From positions 1 to 40,324 of IMG/VR virus record IMGVR_UViG_3300027026_000023: DNA of 40,324 nucleotides. The stretch is one strand, 5' to 3'. The first letter of the stretch is position 1. Each line of letters begins with the position of its first letter. Of this stretch, positions 33,305-40,324 are shown one piece after another. This DNA is from a virus. Lineage: Duplodnaviria > Caudoviricetes. The notes under the pieces are model-generated. The model was given only the letters and a program-made list of their open reading frames with translations. It did no database searches and was not told where the DNA came from. The position numbers and the translations under genes are program-made.

Positions 33305-36300
33305 ATGATCTTTCCTGACCCTGCCCCGTCAAAGGGCGGGATGGTTCAACTCGTCACCGGTCCTTTCGGGGCGCCAGAGCGCAGCATTGCGCTCGACCGT
33401 CCCATGGCGATTGCCGAGGTGATTTCGGCCTATGCCCTGCGCTTCCGCCTGCCCACGATCGCCGTCATGCAGGGTGAGCCGGTCTTGCGCGGGCTATGGG
33501 CGGTGCGGATGGTGCGACCCGGCGAGGTGCTGAGCTTTGTGGCCGTTCCTCGGGGCGGCGGCGAGGCAGGTGGTACCGGCAAACAGATCGCCGGCATGAT
33601 TGCGGCCCTGGCGCTGTCGGTGGCGGCGCCAATGATCGGGGGATTGCTCTTCGGCGCAGGTACGCTTGGCGCCAGTCTGGCCTCTGCGGCCATTCTGGTG
33701 GGTGGCGGTCTGTTGCTCAACGCCATTTTCCCGCCCCCTCAGGCGGCGCCGGCGGCGACGGCCGAAAGGGTCTATTCGGTCAGCGCGGCCAATAACCAAG
33801 CGACGCCGCTCGAACCGCTGCTCAACCTTTACGGGCGCTTGCGCTTTGCGCCGCGTCACGCCAGCCGGCCCTATGCCGAATATCGGGGCAATGATCAGTA
33901 TCTCTATCAGTTGTTCCTGGTGACGACCGGCAAGGCCGATATCCCCAAAATTGAGATCGGCGATACCGAGGCCTGGAACAGTATAGACGGCTATTCGAGC
34001 AGCTTTTCGGATCTGGAATTTGAGATTGTCCAGCCGGGGCAGGACGTGACCCTGTTCCCGGCCAATGTTGTGACTTCGTCGGAAGTCAGTGGGCAACCGG
34101 TGCCTGATCCGCCTTCGGTGCTTGGGCCATTCGTGGTCAACGCCGCTGGCACGACAGTGGATCGTCTGGCGGTGGACTTCGCCTTTCCGGGCGGTCTCTA
34201 CACAGCCAATAACAAGGGTGTGGCTGCAAACTCGATCGCGCTGCGGGCGCAATATCAGGCGATCGACGCCAGCGGTGATCCGATTGGTGGCTGGAGCGAT
34301 CTCTTTGCCGAGACGGTTTCGGCGGCCACCCGCACGCCTCAGCGCATGAGCCGAGAGGCCAACGTGGCTCCCGGGCGCTATCAGGTACAGTTCCTGGCTG
34401 ATGAAGCCTTTGACGCTGACGATGGCGCATCTGTCAATGCGGTGGTCTGGGCTGGGTTGCGGGGGTATCTCACCGATTTTGTGACCCCGCCCAATGCCAC
34501 TTTGCTGGCCATGAAGATCCGGGCCAGCGAGCAATTGAGCCAGACGGCCGCCAATCAGGTAAGGGTCACGGCCGAGCGCTATCTGCCGGTCTGGACCGGG
34601 GCGGCATGGGAGGAGCAAAAGACGCGGTCCATCGCCTGGGCGGCAGCGGATTTGCTGATGAACTCCGACTATTCGCTGGGCCTTTCGAGCAACACGTTCA
34701 GCCTGGACGAGTTGCTGGCGCTTGACGCCACCTGGGCGGCGCGGGGTGATACGTTCAACGCCCTGTTTGACCGAAGCTGGACTGTGCAGGATGCCCTGCG
34801 CGCCATTCTTCGGGCCGGGCGGGCTCAGGCCGTTCGCCAGGGCGGCCGGATCGGCTTTGTCCGGCTAGAACCCAAAACCGTCAAGCGCGCGGTGTTTTCG
34901 CCCCGCAATGTCGTGCGGGGGAGCTTCCGCCACCAGCTGGTGCTGTTCGATGAAGAAAAGCCTGACCACGTCATCGGCTCCTATGTCGACGAGACAACCT
35001 GGCAGACACAGGAAGTAGTGGGATCACTGGCTTCGATCGGTGCCGATGCACCGCAGAAAGTGGAGTGGTTCGGCATCACTGATCACGACCAGGCCTGGCG
35101 GGAGACGGTCACCGAGGCGGCCGTCAATGCCTATCAACGAGAATTTGTGAGCTTCACGGCCGAATGGGAAGGCAAGCTGCTGACGCGCGGTGACCCTATC
35201 CTGGTCCAGCATCCGTTTCTGGAAGGCGTGGAGCCGGCCGCCTTGGCGGCGCGGAACGGGGATGAACTGATCCTTGATCGAGAACCGGCGAACGCTATCA
35301 CTGGCGATGCCTATGTGGTCCTGCGCGGGCGCGATGGCCGGGAGTGGGGGCCGTGCCTGGTGGCCAGCATGACCGGCGACGTCATCTCGCTTGATGCGGC
35401 GGACCGGGCCGTGGTCGAGGCGGGCATGGGCGATCTGGATGACGTCTTGCCTGGTGATCGCGATGAGCGCGCGCATGTGCTGATTTGCGACGGCGAGATG
35501 CGGCCTTTCAATGGGCTGGTGGTTTCGGCTTCGCCCAGCAGCAATGGGCGAGTTGAGGTGACGGCGGTGGTCGATGCGCCAGAGGTGTATCTGGCCGATG
35601 CCACCGAAACCATGCCTTCGCCCTGGACACCGCCGGTTCTGCCACCGCAGAACCCGGCGCGGCCTTTATTGCTCGGACTTTATGCGCAGCTCAAGGCTGG
35701 CATCGCCCAGCTCGAACTTGATGCGGTATGGCAGCCAACGCCTGGGGCGATCGGCGGGTATGTTGCAGAAGTCAGCTACGACGATGATGCTATACCGGAT
35801 GCGCAGAAGTCCTGGACTCCCATCTACCAGGGCATGGCCAACCGGTTCACCGTGCCGGTATTGCCACAGGCGCTGACGCTTCGGGTCGCGCCGGTCGGCG
35901 TCCTGCAAGGGGCGTGGACGAAACGTGTGTTCACCTTGGGCGAAGTGCCGACGATCCTTATCCCAGGAGAGTATCTCGATATTGACGACCTCATCGAAGA
36001 TGCTGTGGGTGATCTTACTGGTAGCTTGGAATGGGTCGGACGGGGCGTTCGGGATGCCATTAATAATTTTGAGCGCTTAGGCTCGCTCCTCGCTGAGCAG
36101 GACCTGGCCAACTTCAATGACCGCCAGGTGCTGCAAAGGACACTTGGCAAGAAAGTCGGCGACCTTGAAGCCAGCTTCACCGAGATCATCGAAGTGGCGC
36201 TGGGGCCGGGCGGGGCAATCGCGCAATCGCTGGAAGCCCTCTATGCGGCGATGGGCGGCAGCACGTCTGAGGTCAATGTTCGCTGGGAGGCTGTAGCGGC

Positions 36301-36586
36301 CCCATCTGGTTATTCCGCTCGATATGGTCTGACAGCGGCTGTCAATGACGTGAGTTACCGTTCATCGTCGTTCCTTGTCGATGTTCCTCCCAACCCGGAA
36401 GATCCAACCCGAGTTGTCTTGGCAGCCGATCAAACGGTGGTGTCGAACGCGGATGGCACTGAAACCTATGCTCTGTTCGATGAGAATGGCTTGATGACGC
36501 GGGACATCACGGCTGCACTGATCAAGAGCGCTGACGAAGCCAGTTACTGGAACCTGACCACTGGCGCATTCCGGATATCGACCTGA
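33305..36586 (+). CDS. Central tail tip / host specificity protein (gpI-like N-terminus fused to gpJ-like)
   Basis: Ubiquitin-like N-terminus ending VPRGGG plus hydrophobic Gly/Ala segment, then YGR...QYLYQLF, TRSIAWAAAD, and an FN3-like region. Confidence 0.88.
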   Translation: MIFPDPAPSKGGMVQLVTGPFGAPERSIALDRPMAIAEVISAYALRFRLPTIAVMQGEPVLRGLWAVRMVRPGEVLSFVAVPRGGGEAGGTGKQIAGMIAALALSVAAPMIGGLLFGAGTLGASLASAAILVGGGLLLNAIFPPPQAAPAATAERVYSVSAANNQATPLEPLLNLYGRLRFAPRHASRPYAEYRGNDQYLYQLFLVTTGKADIPKIEIGDTEAWNSIDGYSSSFSDLEFEIVQPGQDVTLFPANVVTSSEVSGQPVPDPPSVLGPFVVNAAGTTVDRLAVDFAFPGGLYTANNKGVAANSIALRAQYQAIDASGDPIGGWSDLFAETVSAATRTPQRMSREANVAPGRYQVQFLADEAFDADDGASVNAVVWAGLRGYLTDFVTPPNATLLAMKIRASEQLSQTAANQVRVTAERYLPVWTGAAWEEQKTRSIAWAAADLLMNSDYSLGLSSNTFSLDELLALDATWAARGDTFNALFDRSWTVQDALRAILRAGRAQAVRQGGRIGFVRLEPKTVKRAVFSPRNVVRGSFRHQLVLFDEEKPDHVIGSYVDETTWQTQEVVGSLASIGADAPQKVEWFGITDHDQAWRETVTEAAVNAYQREFVSFTAEWEGKLLTRGDPILVQHPFLEGVEPAALAARNGDELILDREPANAITGDAYVVLRGRDGREWGPCLVASMTGDVISLDAADRAVVEAGMGDLDDVLPGDRDERAHVLICDGEMRPFNGLVVSASPSSNGRVEVTAVVDAPEVYLADATETMPSPWTPPVLPPQNPARPLLLGLYAQLKAGIAQLELDAVWQPTPGAIGGYVAEVSYDDDAIPDAQKSWTPIYQGMANRFTVPVLPQALTLRVAPVGVLQGAWTKRVFTLGEVPTILIPGEYLDIDDLIEDAVGDLTGSLEWVGRGVRDAINNFERLGSLLAEQDLANFNDRQVLQRTLGKKVGDLEASFTEIIEVALGPGGAIAQSLEALYAAMGGSTSEVNVRWEAVAAPSGYSARYGLTAAVNDVSYRSSSFLVDVPPNPEDPTRVVLAADQTVVSNADGTETYALFDENGLMTRDITAALIKSADEASYWNLTTGAFRIST

Positions 36587-37434
36587 TGGCAATCGTGTTC
36601 ATGACGGACCCGACCACGGGAAGGTGCGCGCTCTATGACGAGAATGGCTCTACCGGGGATTTCAACGATCCCAACTCGGCGCGAAACGCCCCTCTCAACA
36701 GCCCAGCGTCACATCTCGACAAGGTCTATTTCCACTCGGACTTCGACTATATGGAGGTTAGTCACGGCCCCACTGCGGTGACTGTCAACCACGCGGCCCT
36801 GTCGATTGGTGCGGCACCGCCAGGGCAGATTTTCCCGTTTGGCTATACCACGGCCGCCGCCGATCATCTGCTGCTGACCCACTCTCTCGGCTATCCGCCT
36901 CTGGCCTTGGTGATCTATGACGGGAATGTCTGCTGGCCCGGAATGCCGGTGCAGGCGGACGCTGGTGGTGGTGCCCGGTTTGTGACGGCCTATGTCACCA
37001 ATACCGAACTGCGGCTCTATGAATTCGCTTCGGTCGGCAGTGGCGGCCTGCCGGCTGTCAGCCGGGAATATACCGTTCTGGTCTTCAGGGCTCCGCCAGC
37101 ACCGTCGGGCGATGTCCTGCTCGATTTCGATCCTGCCACCGGGGTGGTGCAGATGGGGCTGGGGAAGTTCGACAGCTCCCGACGCTACCTGCAGGTGGTG
37201 CCTGGCGGCTCGCCCTTCGGCCTATCGCTCGGGCGAACCATTGACCTCAACAACGGGGCTCCACGCGCCGTCCGGCCTGATGGCACAAGCTATGATCCTG
37301 TGCCGAGCGGCCTGCAGCTCGGACTGGGTCGCGGCGCCATGGGGATCGCTGACTATGGTTATGTCTATGGGGCATCCATGGCTTATGGCGGCTCCTTCAC
37401 GGGCTCGGGCAGTGTTCAGGTGCAGGCGCCATGA
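36586..37434 (+). CDS. Putative tail tip-associated protein
   Basis: TGATG-coupled to gpJ; beta-rich Gly/Pro/Tyr composition. Confidence 0.65.
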   Translation: MAIVFMTDPTTGRCALYDENGSTGDFNDPNSARNAPLNSPASHLDKVYFHSDFDYMEVSHGPTAVTVNHAALSIGAAPPGQIFPFGYTTAAADHLLLTHSLGYPPLALVIYDGNVCWPGMPVQADAGGGARFVTAYVTNTELRLYEFASVGSGGLPAVSREYTVLVFRAPPAPSGDVLLDFDPATGVVQMGLGKFDSSRRYLQVVPGGSPFGLSLGRTIDLNNGAPRAVRPDGTSYDPVPSGLQLGLGRGAMGIADYGYVYGASMAYGGSFTGSGSVQVQAP

Positions 37435-38222
37435 GTGACGGGTTCTCGATTGTTGATGGCCAGATCGTCATCGAAAAAGACGGGCGCATCGTCTCGACCA
37501 CCGATGGCACCTTGGTTAACTTACTGCCTGAAGCCTACGATTTCGAAAGCACCATCAACGTGGTGTTTCCCGATTTCACCAAGGACTATGCCTACAACTG
37601 GCAGTGGGCCAATGACTACAATGTCGGTCTGGTCGCCCAGGATAATGCCTGCGCCACGGCCATCAGCGTTCCGGCACAGGAATGGTCGTCGGAAACCGAT
37701 CTGGCCGACGCCCCGACTGGCGCCGATATTTTTGTCGGGCGGGTCCGGATCAATCGAACCGTTGCACCGTCCCACACCTGGGGCAGCAATGCGATCGAAC
37801 TGGTTCAGCCCAGCAATGTCTGGATTCCATTCTCCGGCTCTCTGCTTATGGAGGCAGAAGTCGGTATGGCAAGGGCGTTTTCCCTCTATTTGAGCGGGGG
37901 AAAGCTGAAACTGCACCGGCAGCAATCGGTCAGTGTTCCGCCTGGTGGCTGGGGCAGCTATGGCGGGGCAGGCTTCAACTGGACAGCGCCGGCAGACAGC
38001 AATGGCGGCGAGTGGGTCTATGGCACCTCACCAGGCATCCCTGTTGTCGAGATCGAAACCAAGAACAGCCCCGGCACCATTGAAGACGCGGACATGTTTG
38101 CGCCGCTCTACAAAACCACACATCGGCGCGGCGGCTCCGATGCATGCTCGACAAGCCTGAGCACCAATTTTTCGTCCACCTACCAGGTTGAAGTCGTCGG
38201 CAAGTTCGGCCGTCGCTCCTGA
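37431..38222 (+). CDS. Putative tail tip-associated protein
   Basis: ATGA-coupled; beta-rich, Trp/Ser/Gly-rich. Confidence 0.65.
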   Translation: MSDGFSIVDGQIVIEKDGRIVSTTDGTLVNLLPEAYDFESTINVVFPDFTKDYAYNWQWANDYNVGLVAQDNACATAISVPAQEWSSETDLADAPTGADIFVGRVRINRTVAPSHTWGSNAIELVQPSNVWIPFSGSLLMEAEVGMARAFSLYLSGGKLKLHRQQSVSVPPGGWGSYGGAGFNWTAPADSNGGEWVYGTSPGIPVVEIETKNSPGTIEDADMFAPLYKTTHRRGGSDACSTSLSTNFSSTYQVEVVGKFGRRS

Positions 38223-38236
38223 TCTCAGAGGCATCA

Positions 38237-40324
38237 ATGGCAGAGACCATCTATTCGGTCGGAACCGTAACGGTTTCGAACGGCGGCACAACTGTGACCG
38301 GCGTAGGCACGTCCTGGCAGGGCAAGATTTTCGAGGGCGACCTGTTCACCGACCCGGCGCAGGGCATCTTTGCGCGTGTCACAGCCGATGCGACCAGCAA
38401 CACGTCGATCAGCATCAATGCCTGGCCTGGCACCGCGCTTTCTGGCGATGCCTATGAAATCCTGCTTACTCCCGACAGCGTGCGCGCCTCGGAACGCACC
38501 AGACAACTGCTCGAACAGTTGAGCGTCGTCCAGGCTAATGGTCGCGGCCTGTTCTTCAACTTCAGCGACAGCGTGACCGATGCCGATCCCGGCTCTGGCT
38601 ATATCCGCCTCAACAATGCTGATCCGACACTTGCCACGGCTGCCTATATCGACGTGCTCGACGCCAATGGCGGGGCTGTATCAGGTGAAATCGACACCTG
38701 GGATGACAGCACGTCGCTGGGTAAGGGCAATCTCTGGGTGCGCGGCATTGCCGATCCTTCGGCCTTCCACGCCTACGAGTTGACCGGTTCGGTTGTGGAC
38801 GGCACTGGCTACCGAAAGCTGACCCTGACCTATATCGGCGGCTCTGGCAGCTTTGCGGCCGATGACGAGCTTATGGTGGCGTTTGCCCGCACTGGCGATA
38901 CCGGCGAAGGCTATGTCACCGATGCCACCGTGGCCGACCCTTCCGAATTGACCGCGCTTGAGGGTGAGGCGGCGGGGTATCTGGTATTCGTCACCGACCT
39001 GCAGACCGACTTCGGCGCCTATTCTGGCCGGTCTGGTGTCGTGCGGCTCATTGCGGGCCCCGATTGGGAGCTAGTGGCGGTCTACACCGGGCCGCAGGGT
39101 GTCCAAGGCATTCAGGGTATCCAAGGCATTCAAGGTGGGCGCGGCATTAACTGGCAGGGCGACTACAACGGCGCCACTGCCTATGTCGAAGACGATGGCG
39201 TGCTCTACAACGGTTCGTCATGGCGCGCTCTAGGAGACACCACCGGCAACGCCCCGCCGACCCTGCCAACCACAAGCAATGCCTATTGGCAGCTACTGGC
39301 ACGGCAGGGCATCGATGGTGCGGGTACGGTCAACAGTGTGGCGGCTGGCACTGGCATTGCCGTCGATAACACCGATCCGACGGCGCCTGTGGTTTCGGCC
39401 CCTCACGCCGTTAGGTTCAACGAAGCCCAGGCATTGACCGCCGCCCAGAAGGGTCAGGCTCGGGCGAACATCGGGGCGGACGTTCTGGCCGGTCTCCGCA
39501 ACAAACTGATTAATGGCGCATGGTCGGTTGCCCAGCGGGCAAATTCGGGCAACATTGCCGCCGGTGCCACGGGATGGGTTGGGGATCGATGGCAGGTCTA
39601 CAATGGGACCAATCAGCCGCTTACTTGGTCTATCATCTCGGTTCTGGCGTATAACTATGCGATCCCGCCTTACGTCGAGAATTTCCTGAATATCAACTTC
39701 GCCGTCGGTCCAACAACTGGCACTGTCGAATTGTTCCAGCGTATCGAGAGCGTAAAGACCCTCTCCAAAGGGGATGTCTCAGCCCGCATCTATGCGTCCG
39801 GTCCCGCAGCCTTTGATGCCTATTTTCTCTTGCAGCAAAGGTTTGGGTCAGGCGGTTCGGCTTCGGTGGTTGTTAACGGTGTCACGACTTCTGTGAACGG
39901 CGTCTCCAACTTCGTTGAGAAGAAAGACGTGCTCACACTTGCACATACAGGCGGAAAAACCTTTGGTGTGGGGCACGACCTGACCTTTGACTTTGTGTTC
40001 ACACCTAGGACTGCCGGAAACTACGGCTTTACGGCCGCCTCTTTGGTTGAAGGCGATGCGAGTGCTGAGGCCGATCCGTTCTCGCCGCGTCATGTCCAGC
40101 AGGAAGAAGATATTTGCTGCCGGTACTATGAGAAGGGAAATGGTGCGGGGAACGCTGGCGTCTATCACTTCCATCCATACAGGGTGCGTAAGCGCGTTGT
40201 CCCTTCCATTTCTTGGACGCCGGGGGGAGGCTCAAACACCGACTTAGGGACCTACGACAATGGCTTCTATGTAAATCCGACAGCATCAACTGGCTACTCG
40301 TACGTCGCAGACGCGGAGCTTTAA
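38237..40324 (+). CDS. Tail fibre / receptor-binding protein
   Basis: GTVTVSNGGTTVTGVGTSW anchor, short collagen (GPQ GVQ GIQ GIQ GIQ), WQGDY...Y...D.V.YNGSSW module, AQ.LT.AQ..QAR.NIG, RNKLING, CCRYY...ADAEL end. Confidence 0.88.
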   Translation: MAETIYSVGTVTVSNGGTTVTGVGTSWQGKIFEGDLFTDPAQGIFARVTADATSNTSISINAWPGTALSGDAYEILLTPDSVRASERTRQLLEQLSVVQANGRGLFFNFSDSVTDADPGSGYIRLNNADPTLATAAYIDVLDANGGAVSGEIDTWDDSTSLGKGNLWVRGIADPSAFHAYELTGSVVDGTGYRKLTLTYIGGSGSFAADDELMVAFARTGDTGEGYVTDATVADPSELTALEGEAAGYLVFVTDLQTDFGAYSGRSGVVRLIAGPDWELVAVYTGPQGVQGIQGIQGIQGGRGINWQGDYNGATAYVEDDGVLYNGSSWRALGDTTGNAPPTLPTTSNAYWQLLARQGIDGAGTVNSVAAGTGIAVDNTDPTAPVVSAPHAVRFNEAQALTAAQKGQARANIGADVLAGLRNKLINGAWSVAQRANSGNIAAGATGWVGDRWQVYNGTNQPLTWSIISVLAYNYAIPPYVENFLNINFAVGPTTGTVELFQRIESVKTLSKGDVSARIYASGPAAFDAYFLLQQRFGSGGSASVVVNGVTTSVNGVSNFVEKKDVLTLAHTGGKTFGVGHDLTFDFVFTPRTAGNYGFTAASLVEGDASAEADPFSPRHVQQEEDICCRYYEKGNGAGNAGVYHFHPYRVRKRVVPSISWTPGGGSNTDLGTYDNGFYVNPTASTGYSYVADAEL

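Larger units (their letters stand above)
1..40324. mobile_element. Lambda-like temperate prophage (boundaries extend beyond the window)
   Basis: Complete int/xis-immunity-replication-packaging-head-tail synteny with no obvious broken genes; att sites and lysis cassette not visible. Confidence 0.97.

Noticed and set aside
39095-39136. 18-nt tandem repeat CAGGGT(G/A)TCCAAGGCATT
   Set aside because: Explained by collagen-like G-X-Q triplets in the fibre.
40100-40324. DGR variable region at the fibre C-terminus
   Set aside because: No reverse transcriptase or adenine-variant template repeat seen within the window.
1-40324. tRNA, att core and lysis cassette
   Set aside because: None recognisable; the window starts and ends exactly at stop codons, so they probably lie outside.

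Overview
The window is almost all of a GC-rich temperate lambda-like (siphovirus-type) prophage, probably from an alphaproteobacterium (inferred from the rhizobial-type DnaB and structural proteins). It runs from the integrase stop codon to the tail-fibre stop codon; att sites and lysis genes are not in view. The left operon (minus strand) holds int, xis, a phage-borne beta sliding clamp, a Lar-like protein, an HD hydrolase and several small genes. Next is a cI/cro switch with five GTTGCG-N5-CGCAAC operators. The early right operon holds a structured RNA-like element after cro, a CII-like gene, a 939-aa ParB/MT-A70/KlcB-like/HTH fusion, an SNF2 + N4/N6 methyltransferase fusion, a PD-(D/E)XK nuclease, an HTH, a second SNF2 helicase, DnaB and a DUF1376 initiator with an internal origin. 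A lambda-like cos region then precedes the head and tail genes, including a G/GT -1 frameshift. The most unusual items are the coupled methylase/helicase/nuclease cluster (possibly linked to the phage's own clamp), an unannotated 52-aa classical-spacing C2H2 zinc-finger gene, a three-hairpin anti-SD RNA after cro, and a palindrome shared by the early and late control regions. All family calls come from motifs read by eye, not from database searches.
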